IMG/VR virus record: IMGVR_UViG_3300008266_000033 | Coordinates: 64,412-128,411 of that record | DNA from: a virus | Length of the DNA stretch: 64,000 bases | Reading direction: 5' to 3' (one strand) | Part shown: positions 50,644-60,299 of the stretch, one piece after another | Layout of the letters: each line of letters opens with the position of its first letter | How positions within the stretch are numbered: position 1 is the stretch's first letter | Notes under the pieces: model-generated | Databases searched by the model: none | Seen by the model: the letters and a program-made list of their open reading frames with translations, nothing else | What the model was told of the DNA's origin: nothing | Made by a program: the position numbers and the translations under genes

Positions 50644-51117
50644 TTAACAAATCCATAAAGGTTTTTTGTCGGGTATTTTTTTCCACCCTAAACCCTTAAC
50701 AGCTATTTTATCGTTAATATAAAAGTTTCTATATCCTTCAATTACATCTGATTTTCTAAACTCCTCAGGCATACATTGAGGTGGTGGGGTAAAACCATTA
50801 TCAGGTAAATTAGGTTTATTATATTGTAACCAAACTAATATTTTTTTAGTGGCATGTTCTTTACCATATCGTAACTCAAATTCATTACATATTTCTAAGC
50901 CATGCTGTACCAACCAATCATAATGTTGTATTGATTCACGTACCCATTTTGTTGAAGGGTGATTAACATGAGCACGTTTATATGGGGCAGATGAACCAAT
51001 TTCCCAATGTGCTGTACAACACATTTGTGCTGATTCAATTTGCATTTTACGAATATGATCGTCTGCTAGTTGTTGTGCGGCCTTAATAGGGTCAGCATCA
51101 ATATAAAATATGTTCAT
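50644..51117 (-). CDS. pyrimidine-dimer DNA glycosylase (DenV-like family)
   Basis: MNIFY.D.DP..AA..L.D.H..KM..ESAQM, H.NHP...W.R.S, E...RYGK.H, PQCMP. Probable start at ATG 51117. Confidence 0.75.
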   Translation of the reverse strand: MNIFYIDADPIKAAQQLADDHIRKMQIESAQMCCTAHWEIGSSAPYKRAHVNHPSTKWVRESIQHYDWLVQHGLEICNEFELRYGKEHATKKILVWLQYNKPNLPDNGFTPPPQCMPEEFRKSDVIEGYRNFYINDKIAVKGLGWKKIPDKKPLWIC

Positions 51118-51129
51118 ATGTTTTTTTGG

Positions 51130-51161
51130 TAAATATACGAACAAATTTTTTGAATCCCAAA
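51130..51161 (-). promoter_or_regulatory. Bacteroidota-type -33/-7 promoter
   Basis: Sense TTTG-N20-TATATTTA. Confidence 0.7.
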
Positions 51162-51163
51162 TT

Positions 51164-51352
51164 TTAACCCATAGAATCTTGAATCATTTCAATCTTTGAA
51201 ACTATAGATTCAAGTTCAGATCTCATTTCTGGGTGTTGTTTCTGTATTGCTCTTATATCTAAAATTAGATCTGATAGTTGGTCTAATGGACTTTCTGTTA
51301 GTCTTTTTTTAAGAGCCTCTTTAATTAGTTTGGTGATAAGTTGATTTTTCAT
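51164..51352 (-). CDS. small protein with LIKE...LTE leader
   Basis: MKNQLITKLIKEALKKRLTES. Confidence 0.7.
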   Translation of the reverse strand: MKNQLITKLIKEALKKRLTESPLDQLSDLILDIRAIQKQHPEMRSELESIVSKIEMIQDSMG

Positions 51353-51492
51353 TAGCCTTGTCCTACTGATAATTTTATATAATTTTTGGAGCTTTTCAAA
51401 CCAGAACTTCTTTTTTTGGAATGAACTCCTTTTCTTCTAACTTTTGGTTTTTCTATTCTTTTAGGTGTGGATTGTGTTTTTGCTTTTGCCAT
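51352..51492 (-). CDS. 46-aa highly basic protein (not in the ORF track)
   Basis: MAKAKTQSTPKRIEKPKVRRKGVHSKKRSSGLKSSKNYIKLSVGQG*; fills the gap exactly with a TAATG overlap. Confidence 0.7.
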   Translation of the reverse strand: MAKAKTQSTPKRIEKPKVRRKGVHSKKRSSGLKSSKNYIKLSVGQG

Positions 51493-51493
51493 T

Positions 51494-51760
51494 TTAGTAT
51501 TCTTCTATTTTTAATTTTAAATTAGTAGTTCCTTTTATAACTCGATGCCATTCTAATGCAGGTATAACTATTTGATCTCCAGGATTTAATTGTTTTGGTA
51601 AAGAATCTTCTTGTTGATAAGACCAACCTATACCTTCTAAAATTGTTATTTGCCTTGTTTTAAGATCTCTATGCCACATAAGTTCAATAGGATCTATATT
51701 TTCGTCAAATATACGAATTTTAGTATCTTCAGATATTATATTATCTTGGTATGGTTTCAT
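51494..51760 (-). CDS. cupin-fold protein
   Basis: WHRD...EG.GW...L.PGD...IP...WHRV; probable start at ATG 51760. Confidence 0.7.
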   Translation of the reverse strand: MKPYQDNIISEDTKIRIFDENIDPIELMWHRDLKTRQITILEGIGWSYQQEDSLPKQLNPGDQIVIPALEWHRVIKGTTNLKLKIEEY

Positions 51761-52167
51761 TTTATAGGACCTCCAACAACCCAAGCATCACAAGTTCGAG
51801 CTGAGGCGCATTTGAATTTAAGCATTCTACAGTATCCTAATTTTCCAGCTTCAATAACATCAAATGGATCTTCTGTACCTTCATCATCTCCTATCCCTTT
51901 AGCAATACAATCTAATGTTTTAGTTGTAACATCAAATGCGGCACAATTACCACATAAAGATTTTTTTGCTTCTTCTACATTATCCAATTGCCACATTTCT
52001 GCTTTTTTAGCCCAAAACTTTTGATTTGGTTCATTTGGATTTAAAGGTCCATAACCATATTCATCAATAGCTTTTTGTCTATTTTGCAGATTCAATTCTA
52101 TGTTTTGAGTTGGAGCAGGACATTTATCCAATTCAGCTTCACTTAGTATGTTAATTAGTTTTATCAT
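51757..52167 (-). CDS. Cys-rich hypothetical protein with leader MIKLINILSE
   Basis: CGNC, GYC, C...RTCDAW. Confidence 0.75.
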   Translation of the reverse strand: MIKLINILSEAELDKCPAPTQNIELNLQNRQKAIDEYGYGPLNPNEPNQKFWAKKAEMWQLDNVEEAKKSLCGNCAAFDVTTKTLDCIAKGIGDDEGTEDPFDVIEAGKLGYCRMLKFKCASARTCDAWVVGGPIK

Positions 52168-52934
52168 TTTGTTTTACCCCATTTTTTACCTTTACCAGGT
52201 GTTTTACATTGAGCGGGTGTAGGACGACATGAAGGATATTTAGCACGTTTTTCACCTTTTTGTCTACCACAAGGTTTACATTTACCATTGCGGCATGTAT
52301 TACAATCTACCCATCCACCTGTTTTACCAGGAGCACCTTTGCGTTTAAACCAGGTGCGCAGAGTTTCTTTTTGTGCTTCGGTTAATTCTTCTGTAACTAT
52401 TTTTTTATAACTATTTTTAATATTATTTATTCTTTTTAGCCATTCTTCTTTATAATTAATACCATTTGGAGCGGGTTTATCTGTTACAAATTGCTCAATT
52501 CTTGGTTCAATATAAATTAAAAAACCTCTTATTATACCTAATATAGATGAGAGCAGTTTTGGGTTGCTGGGAATATTATTGATATTATCTTTAAGAAAAT
52601 CAAAATAATTTTTACCATTTATTATTGGTTTTCTTAATTGTTGCATCATAAGAGTAAGTTCTTTAGTTGCATTTTCATCTTTTCCCATTTTAGTAATTTG
52701 ACTAAAATTAAGAGATATAAGTGTGCTAAAATCTACTAAAAAATCTTTAACCTCAGCAGGAGTAGATGCTTCTTTTAAATCTTTCCAGATTTTACCTTTA
52801 CGACACCTAACGATAGCACCTGATTTATAAGCAGAAGGTTTATCAAATTTGCGATCTGCAATACGTTTACAACGATCAGCTTTCTTTTTTTCTTCTAAAA
52901 GAATTTCATTTAATATATCAATAAGTTTTACCAT
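52164..52934 (-). CDS. modular Cys/basic protein with leader MVKLIDILNEILLEE
   Basis: Basic Cys module, then LKE, helical insert, LTE, and a second basic Cys module (WVDCNTC...KPCGR...YPSCRP). Confidence 0.75.
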   Translation of the reverse strand: MVKLIDILNEILLEEKKKADRCKRIADRKFDKPSAYKSGAIVRCRKGKIWKDLKEASTPAEVKDFLVDFSTLISLNFSQITKMGKDENATKELTLMMQQLRKPIINGKNYFDFLKDNINNIPSNPKLLSSILGIIRGFLIYIEPRIEQFVTDKPAPNGINYKEEWLKRINNIKNSYKKIVTEELTEAQKETLRTWFKRKGAPGKTGGWVDCNTCRNGKCKPCGRQKGEKRAKYPSCRPTPAQCKTPGKGKKWGKTK

Positions 52935-55900
52935 GATTTCTTTTGAGTAAAGAATTGAGTTAAATCTTTAGAAATTGTTTCTTTTAAATCACTTTCAACC
53001 ATTTTTAAATCATTCATACCATATACTCTTTGGTAAGATCTTTCTACATCAGCATATCCACCTTCAATACTATTATTATTTAATGTACTTTTTCCGGATA
53101 AGGTTTTAACTATTTTACCTTTATCATCAGATAATACCCATTTAGGATATAAAGTAGATCTTTCTTTATCAACAGGTAATAATGCATATGTGTTTGAACC
53201 ATCTTTTATAATAAAAGGTAATCCCCATATTAATGTAGCATATTCTGTATTTTGATCGTATTTTTCAGCTAATGTCATAATAGCTTTTCTTTCAGAATCG
53301 GATAAAGCAGTCCATTGAGAATATAACATTGGTCTAGGATCAATTTGCTGTTCAGGCATATCTGATAAATTTTCTAACTGTTCATCATCAATGTTAGTAT
53401 TGGCTTCATATTCCCAAGAATCAAATAATTTAGAATAAATTTCAAATAATTGCTTTAATTTAGGATCTTTAATATACTTGGATGCTTCTTTTGGTAAAAA
53501 GTCAAGATTTTTAATTTGTTTATTTACATAATCTGAGGTTACTTTTTCACCAAAGTATTTATCTAAATATTCATATGTTAAATATCCATCAAATGTATCA
53601 GCATACTTTTGTTTAGCGGCATCATCCAAATATTTTACATAAGGTAATGGAATTGGGTCTGCAGAATAATTAGTATGTCTAAATCTGAAAACTGCATATC
53701 GTTTTGCTAATGCTTCATTATCCTTTAAGGCAGAATATGAGAATTTTTGTCCACTATCGATAGCAACATTAGCTAATGTGGTTGATCTACCTTCTAAATT
53801 AATTTTATATTTAGGTAAGATAGCTAAAATATCAGGAGTAATTGCATTTTTAGAGGCTTTACCTTGAATATAGAGAATTTTTTCATCTTGAGTTAATTCT
53901 TTAAATTCATCTAAAGTTAAGTTTTTACCCGAAGCAAATTTTCTACCTCTTTCAACTGGTGATAAAGCAATTGGTTTAAAGTAATCTTTTAAATCTTTAA
54001 TTTTAGCCCATGTATCAGGAGGTACTATTTTTTCTATACCTTCCCAACCATTAGCACGTATATCACCTCTATTATTAGCTCCTGTAACAATATATGTTTT
54101 ACCATCTGCTGTTACTTGAATTACAAAAGCATGCCATTGATCATCAAAGCTTCCTTTAGGACCAGATGATGGTTTATTTCTATCAAATACAAAATAGAAT
54201 GTAGGTGATTGATCACCAAATCTATAATAATCATAATTTGTGTTTCCTATTTGAGTAACACACCACCCGTATTTTTTCGTACCTTTTTCTACTGGATTGT
54301 AAGAAATACATTTATGTACATCATCTCCTTTATAGATTTCTATTCCGTTTTTATCATAGATTTTATCAGCATCTGTAGATACTGTATTTTCTTCTCCTTC
54401 TACTGATTTTCCTGCTGCAGGAAATAATGCATCCATCATTTGTTCAAATGGTTCCCATGTCCAATTTCTAGGGTCTAGGTATGCATTGTTAATCATTAAA
54501 CGTTTAGGAACAAATTGATCTATATCTTCTTTTGATATGGTACTTCCTTCTTGTCCAGCAAATTTTAAATCATCTTTTTTGGTCATGAAGCGAGCTACAT
54601 AAGATTGAGCTGTATTTCTATCAATTCCTTCTTTTTCAACAAACTTTTTTATTGCTTCTTTTTTAGCTTTTTCTGGGTTTTCAGGGATTGAGGCAATTAA
54701 TTTAATCATATCCTCAAATGAGTATTGGTTAATATCTAAGTATTTGTTACTCTTTTTTAATTCATCTGGTAGAACAACTATATCTAATTTTTGTGCTAAT
54801 GAACCTTTAATTTGATCAAAACGTTGAATCAATTGTTTTGCAGCATTTTGATCATATCCTTTTTCATCTTTCCAACGATCAAGAGTAGCATTAATTACTT
54901 TATCACTATATTCATTTAATTGATCAGGTTCAGCATTATCATTAATTTTTAATGCTTGTAAAATTTGTTCTTTGGTAGCATTTCCATCAGCAAATATCTT
55001 ACTGTCATCTATATTTTTTTCATCAGGATCAGGTAATCTTAAAGCTTTTCCTGATTTAAAATACTTACTATAAATATATAGTTGACCAGCTTGTGGATTT
55101 TCTGTTTGAGTTTGAGCTATTAATATAGGTTCTCCTTTGTAATAAGATAATACAAAAGTAGATCTCATACTTCTAACATAATCACCATCACCTTTTATCC
55201 ATCCTACCCAAGTTTCTTTAGGTTCAATTCCTAATTTATTAAAAACACTTAAAACTCTTTGTCTAGTTCTATTATCAACATTTTTACCATAGAAAGAAAC
55301 TGAGGCTCCTACTCTTCCTTTAGAAACATCATATTTTCCTATTTTTAAATCTAAAACGGGGAATGAGCTAGGATCTTTAATTTTACTACTAGGTGCTTTT
55401 ACTCTAATTTCATCTAAACCTGTTGCGCTAAAGTCATCTGATTTTAAATCAACAGTAATATCTCTTAAAGTATCTTTAACCCATTTTTGTTGTGATGGAG
55501 TTAATTCTTCGTTTATTGCGTTTTCTATAAATAAAATAAATTCATCATCATCTAATTGATATACTTCTTGGAAAAAGAATTCTCTAGCTCTTAAATCATC
55601 AGAAAGTCCACTATCAATAAAAGCATTATTTAAAGCATCAAAAATGAATTTACCATAACGAATATCTGATGGTTCGTTTTTAAGTAAATCTACTTTATCA
55701 ACTACTGCTTGATTAGCTTCTTTATCTCCTTTAAATCCTTGTAATGAAATTAATTCATATAAACCTTTAATTAATTCGTGAACTAACATTGGAAAACAAA
55801 TTGCACGAGCTTTAATTGTAATACCTGAATCTGCTTCGATTATTTGGCTTTCAGTTAAAATATTTTTTATTTTATCTTCAATCTCATTTTTAAAATCTTC

Positions 55901-56644
55901 AAAACCTTCTTCATCATCACTAAAAAAGAATTTTTCCCAAACTAAATTATTTATTGCGTCTTCAGATTTAAGTTTAACAATAGTATTAATGATTTCATCA
56001 TAATATTCATTATTTTCATCATCATCCTCATCTTGCAATGATTTAAAATAATCTATAACTGCTTGTCTATAATATTTAAATCTATTAGGAACTAGAACTT
56101 CAATTTCTTTCATAATTACTTTAGAAGAACCACCAGCCATTTTTTGTCCTTGTGCTAACATAGACAAAAACATAGCTATTGCGTTTTCATCATCATAAAC
56201 ACCAAATACTTTTTTCATTATTTGGTTGTAATTTTCTACTAATGATGGATCTAAATCATCTAAATGTTCTTTAAATAAATAGAATGCAAATGCCCCACGC
56301 AATGCAGCACCTTGTGTAATTGCGTTAGTAATACGACGACGAGATTCTGGTGAAAGGGCTTCATCTAATTCTCTTCCTACCTCAGCCATATCCACTATTT
56401 TAGCATCTAAAACAATACCTTCTTGATCAATGATAGGGTAAAGTTCTTTAACCATATCTACAGCTAATTGTTCTAACTGTGCTTTATATGGTGCTTCTGC
56501 TCTAATGATTTGAGATAACAATCGTTGAGAAGACATCATAGCCTGCATGAGATTTTCATTACCTAACATATCTTTTAGGTTCTCTGAAGACTTTTTATTT
56601 AATTTTTGTAATGTTTTAGAGCTAAAAAAATCTTTGTATTCCAT
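52928..56644 (-). CDS. large modular protein (putative polyprotein)
   Basis: 1238 aa; junctions IMKEIEVLVP, ILTE/IIE, GLDEIRVKAP, QLNE, DLKE. Confidence 0.75.
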   Translation of the reverse strand: MEYKDFFSSKTLQKLNKKSSENLKDMLGNENLMQAMMSSQRLLSQIIRAEAPYKAQLEQLAVDMVKELYPIIDQEGIVLDAKIVDMAEVGRELDEALSPESRRRITNAITQGAALRGAFAFYLFKEHLDDLDPSLVENYNQIMKKVFGVYDDENAIAMFLSMLAQGQKMAGGSSKVIMKEIEVLVPNRFKYYRQAVIDYFKSLQDEDDDENNEYYDEIINTIVKLKSEDAINNLVWEKFFFSDDEEGFEDFKNEIEDKIKNILTESQIIEADSGITIKARAICFPMLVHELIKGLYELISLQGFKGDKEANQAVVDKVDLLKNEPSDIRYGKFIFDALNNAFIDSGLSDDLRAREFFFQEVYQLDDDEFILFIENAINEELTPSQQKWVKDTLRDITVDLKSDDFSATGLDEIRVKAPSSKIKDPSSFPVLDLKIGKYDVSKGRVGASVSFYGKNVDNRTRQRVLSVFNKLGIEPKETWVGWIKGDGDYVRSMRSTFVLSYYKGEPILIAQTQTENPQAGQLYIYSKYFKSGKALRLPDPDEKNIDDSKIFADGNATKEQILQALKINDNAEPDQLNEYSDKVINATLDRWKDEKGYDQNAAKQLIQRFDQIKGSLAQKLDIVVLPDELKKSNKYLDINQYSFEDMIKLIASIPENPEKAKKEAIKKFVEKEGIDRNTAQSYVARFMTKKDDLKFAGQEGSTISKEDIDQFVPKRLMINNAYLDPRNWTWEPFEQMMDALFPAAGKSVEGEENTVSTDADKIYDKNGIEIYKGDDVHKCISYNPVEKGTKKYGWCVTQIGNTNYDYYRFGDQSPTFYFVFDRNKPSSGPKGSFDDQWHAFVIQVTADGKTYIVTGANNRGDIRANGWEGIEKIVPPDTWAKIKDLKDYFKPIALSPVERGRKFASGKNLTLDEFKELTQDEKILYIQGKASKNAITPDILAILPKYKINLEGRSTTLANVAIDSGQKFSYSALKDNEALAKRYAVFRFRHTNYSADPIPLPYVKYLDDAAKQKYADTFDGYLTYEYLDKYFGEKVTSDYVNKQIKNLDFLPKEASKYIKDPKLKQLFEIYSKLFDSWEYEANTNIDDEQLENLSDMPEQQIDPRPMLYSQWTALSDSERKAIMTLAEKYDQNTEYATLIWGLPFIIKDGSNTYALLPVDKERSTLYPKWVLSDDKGKIVKTLSGKSTLNNNSIEGGYADVERSYQRVYGMNDLKMVESDLKETISKDLTQFFTQKKSW

Positions 56645-56645
56645 A

Positions 56646-56930
56646 TTATCGTATAAATATTCTATTTAATGTAAATAAGAATTCTTCTTCACCATATCCC
56701 ATATCTTCATATATTTTAGATATTTCTACTAAACTATTAACATCATCTGGGACTTCGCTTAGTGCTTGTTTAAAATCAGCTATATATTCTTCAGGATCTT
56801 CAAATTCAAGCTCTTCTGCTGTATCTGCCATATCTTGTACTAGAGCTGCTTTTAATGTATCTAACGAAACAGGAATAATCCCACCTGGGGATTTTACCTT
56901 AATTTCATTTAAAAGATCAACTAGTTTCAT
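56646..56930 (-). CDS. small acidic protein with leader MKLVDLLNEIKVKSP
   Basis: 94 aa; D/E-rich after the leader. Confidence 0.75.
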   Translation of the reverse strand: MKLVDLLNEIKVKSPGGIIPVSLDTLKAALVQDMADTAEELEFEDPEEYIADFKQALSEVPDDVNSLVEISKIYEDMGYGEEEFLFTLNRIFIR

Positions 56931-57163
56931 TTTGATAATTTTTTAAAGCGAGCAGCAATTTTTTTAGCCATTTCTTCTTCCTTCATCATAGCCTTTGGTC
57001 TAGGATTAGGAGCTTTATCTTTATCAGGAACTAAGGATCTACGTTTAGGTTTAGTTCCAGTTTCTTCTTTTTCTTTGGTTCCTGGTTTAGTTATAGTTTC
57101 GTTTTCTTTTAAAGAATTTAAAAGTTCTTCTTTAATAATTCTACGGAGTTCTGAAAGATTCAT
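56927..57163 (-). CDS. small protein with leader MNLSELRRIIKEE
   Basis: 78 aa; K/P/E-rich. Confidence 0.7.
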   Translation of the reverse strand: MNLSELRRIIKEELLNSLKENETITKPGTKEKEETGTKPKRRSLVPDKDKAPNPRPKAMMKEEEMAKKIAARFKKLSK

Positions 57164-57178
57164 AGTTTATTTGTTTTT

Positions 57179-57727
57179 TTATCCGAAATATTGATTTTCA
57201 AAATACAATACTTCAAAGTTATTAGATACGTTAATTAATTGGGCTGCGTTTAATAAATCAGCATATTCTGCTACTGATGTTTTTTGGATAATTCTTAATT
57301 CTTGTAAGAAATCAAAAGTAGCTAAATCTGCTGGAAATACTTCTGCTGAATTTGAGTTATATTTGGCAAATAGATCATATTCTAATTGATATGCTTTATT
57401 TACTACATCGATAAGATTAGAAAATACAGGAATCATTTTAACCGAAGGAATAACAGGCATTACATTCCAACTAGTTAAATAATTTTGTATTTTTTCAGCA
57501 TGAGTTAACTCATTATCTGCTTCTGCTTTAAAATAAGCTGCTGCTTTTTTATATGCTTTATCTTCACACCAGTTAGATGCGTTTCTATAGAAATAGTGAG
57601 CAGTATATTCGTCACCTATTCTTTCAATAAGCATTTTAGCTACTTCAGGTGATAAAGTTTTAGGAATTAAAACTTCTGATTGTGAAGCAGGTTGTATTTC
57701 GTTAAGTAAATTTAACTTATTATTCAT
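57179..57727 (-). CDS. ferritin-like protein
   Basis: E..A..FY....WC....Y..AA.YF..EA..E..HA.K..Y; E; D.AT.DFLQ....Q..EY ferroxidase pattern. Confidence 0.85.
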   Translation of the reverse strand: MNNKLNLLNEIQPASQSEVLIPKTLSPEVAKMLIERIGDEYTAHYFYRNASNWCEDKAYKKAAAYFKAEADNELTHAEKIQNYLTSWNVMPVIPSVKMIPVFSNLIDVVNKAYQLEYDLFAKYNSNSAEVFPADLATFDFLQELRIIQKTSVAEYADLLNAAQLINVSNNFEVLYFENQYFG

Positions 57728-57739
57728 ATCAATTTATTT

Positions 57740-58642
57740 TTACCAGTAACCACTAAAGTTTTTAGAACCACCCAAAGATTTCCAATATCTACCTATTCGG
57801 CAAGACCAATATGAGGCTTTAGTTCTATCTGTCTTTTGTGCACATTTGTGTCGTTTAGCAAAAGCATTTCTAGCTTTAGGATCATTTATTTTTGTTGATA
57901 AACCACCTGAATCTCCAAAAGATACTTTTCTAACTTTACCTTTATCCATTACATAAACATAGAATTTCTTACCTGAAGATCCTCCACGTTTTGGTTTACC
58001 AATTTGTACTTTTTTGCCTTGATATTCTGCTTCATTTAAATCTAATAAATGTTTATAATCATCATAAACATCATAATCTATTAAAATAGACATAATATTA
58101 TTTAAATCAAATTTAGGAGCAGAATATGCATCTAATAAATCTTGATATAAATCTGAATCAGGGCCCCAATCATTACTAACATAAGTTAGAATTTTTTCAT
58201 AAGGTACAGCAGATACCATATCAGCCATTTCTATATCTTCCATTCCTCCTAATGTATCTCCAAAAATGTCAAGAGTTTCTTCAATCATAGGCATATCTAA
58301 GGGTACTAATTTACCCTCATATAAACCATATTGACCTAAATCAGTTTCTAATATAATTTCTTTATCTAATCCTGATAAACTAACGGCATTGCGAGAATAT
58401 AAATAACGAGCTTCAGCCCATAAATCTAAAAATGATTTAGAGCCATATCGGAATGTGTTTTCAGTAAGCGGTTTTTTATTGTCTATATGATATTTCATAT
58501 TTTCGGTCATAACCACTTGCGCTTTTAAACCTTCATTTAATATAGGCGCTTTAGAACAACCACCACCACATCCACAACCACAGTCATGTTTTACATTTTG
58601 TTTTAATAAAACTTCTCTAATGATTTTTTTGATGTTTTCCAT
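57740..58642 (-). CDS. modular protein (CxCxC N-terminus; LNE-preceded basic C-terminal module)
   Basis: IKKIIREVLL leader; LNEAEYQGKKVQIGKP...KVSFGD...RHKC...YWSC. Confidence 0.75.
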   Translation of the reverse strand: MENIKKIIREVLLKQNVKHDCGCGCGGGCSKAPILNEGLKAQVVMTENMKYHIDNKKPLTENTFRYGSKSFLDLWAEARYLYSRNAVSLSGLDKEIILETDLGQYGLYEGKLVPLDMPMIEETLDIFGDTLGGMEDIEMADMVSAVPYEKILTYVSNDWGPDSDLYQDLLDAYSAPKFDLNNIMSILIDYDVYDDYKHLLDLNEAEYQGKKVQIGKPKRGGSSGKKFYVYVMDKGKVRKVSFGDSGGLSTKINDPKARNAFAKRHKCAQKTDRTKASYWSCRIGRYWKSLGGSKNFSGYW

Positions 58643-58653
58643 AATTATAAATA

Positions 58654-59787
58654 TTACTGTATTTTGACAAATTCTCCATCTATCAATTCATAAATATGGG
58701 TAGCTGAAGTTGCTATTTTTTTAGTTTGAACAATTGATTCATTGTGTTTTATTCCAAACATATTTCTATCATAACGATATGAAGCCACAAAATATGGATA
58801 GTAATCACCTTGAGGGATTTGTGGGGGTAATAAATAGTAAGGAGCAGATAAACTATATAAATTTTCTCCTTGAGGTATAAGTTGGATTTCTCCTTGTGTT
58901 ATAATGTTTACATTTTCTGATCCATAAGAATTACTTCCATATTCAGGACCATAAATTAATTTTCTGATTAAATTTTCATTCTTTACAGGAGCTATAAATT
59001 TTGTAGTATTAGGCATTCCTACTAAACCTTTATCAATAAGAAACTTTTTTAATTTTAAAATGAATTCTTCAACTTCAGGTTCATTTTCATATCTAGTAAA
59101 ACCACTCCATCTTATAAAATCACCTGCAGATGGTTCTGATCCTCCTGATTTTTTATGAGAGATAAAAATTTGAGGATTACTATCTTGATCAAATAAGAAA
59201 AAATCTGCTTTTGGTGTTTTAGGTTGAGTTGCAGCTCCTATAATATTATTATAAATTTGTCCTCCAACTATTATATTGATAGGTTCTCCATTATTTTGTT
59301 CAATACGAGTTTGAATTTTTTCTGAGAGTAATCTTAGATTATAATCTTCAACTTTTGTACCTGAGCCTTTGCCTTTACCTCCAAAATATGGATCTTTTAA
59401 TAAATCAGAAATACTATATTCTGTTCCTGAATCGTCTTTAAAAAACTTAAATAAATTTATATCTTTAGGGGAAAATAATTTTATTCTAGCATCTTCTGCT
59501 TTTTCAAAAGCCTCTTGATATTCAGGTTTTGAAAATTCTAAAGCAGTAGAACTTCCGTTAACTAATTCAAATGGAACTTTATTTTTAATTCTAGTGGCTA
59601 GATCTTTAAATCTATAACCTCCTCGTTTTTTTAAATCTCCAAATGATAGTTGCTTAAAAATTTCGTGTAAACCCATTTGTTCAAAAACTGATTCCAAAAT
59701 TAAGATATCCTGTTCATTATTCATGTCAGGATATCCTTTTGGAAATTTATATGCTATTTTATTTAAGAATGTATCTAAAATGTCCAT
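58654..59787 (-). CDS. putative PD-(D/E)xK-fold nuclease with N-terminal leader
   Basis: E.YNL...TPKADF...IFISHK; leader YKFPKGYPD...ILE...LHE. Confidence 0.5.
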   Translation of the reverse strand: MDILDTFLNKIAYKFPKGYPDMNNEQDILILESVFEQMGLHEIFKQLSFGDLKKRGGYRFKDLATRIKNKVPFELVNGSSTALEFSKPEYQEAFEKAEDARIKLFSPKDINLFKFFKDDSGTEYSISDLLKDPYFGGKGKGSGTKVEDYNLRLLSEKIQTRIEQNNGEPINIIVGGQIYNNIIGAATQPKTPKADFFLFDQDSNPQIFISHKKSGGSEPSAGDFIRWSGFTRYENEPEVEEFILKLKKFLIDKGLVGMPNTTKFIAPVKNENLIRKLIYGPEYGSNSYGSENVNIITQGEIQLIPQGENLYSLSAPYYLLPPQIPQGDYYPYFVASYRYDRNMFGIKHNESIVQTKKIATSATHIYELIDGEFVKIQ

Positions 59788-60299
59788 TATGCTGGTACTT
59801 CAGGTGTTTCTTCTTCTGGTGCTTCTTCTGGTGTTTCTGGTGGTGCTTCACCTGTTTCTTCTGGTGGTGTTTCACCTTCTCCTGGTTCTTTTTCAGGTTG
59901 TTCTGGGGCTGTAAAGTAAAGTAGTCTTGCTATTGCTTCGGCTGCTCTTTCTTCTTCATCTAAATTAAGTAAATAATATTTTTTACCTTCTACTTGAGCT
60001 ATCCAACTTCTATCAGTATGAATTATATAAAATAATTGGTTATTTTTTAATTCAATTTGAAAAGTGGTTGGTCTAGGAGCAATCCATGCTACATCTTCAA
60101 CAAATAAATTATAATTTGTGGTTAAAAGATCTATTAAAACTTGCTTTAATTCAGGAAACTTAGATAATATAGGTATAACATTATCATCTAGTGATATGTC
60201 TCCAGAATTTGGCATATCTAAATCTACGGACTTTTGTTTAGAAGACCAAACTTGCTTAACTAAAGTTTTAATTTTATCTTTTAATTCAGACTTAGTCAT
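59787..60299 (-). CDS. hypothetical protein with acidic Pro/Glu tail
   Basis: MTKSELKDKIK leader; EETPE repeats at the C-terminus. Confidence 0.7.
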   Translation of the reverse strand: MTKSELKDKIKTLVKQVWSSKQKSVDLDMPNSGDISLDDNVIPILSKFPELKQVLIDLLTTNYNLFVEDVAWIAPRPTTFQIELKNNQLFYIIHTDRSWIAQVEGKKYYLLNLDEEERAAEAIARLLYFTAPEQPEKEPGEGETPPEETGEAPPETPEEAPEEETPEVPA

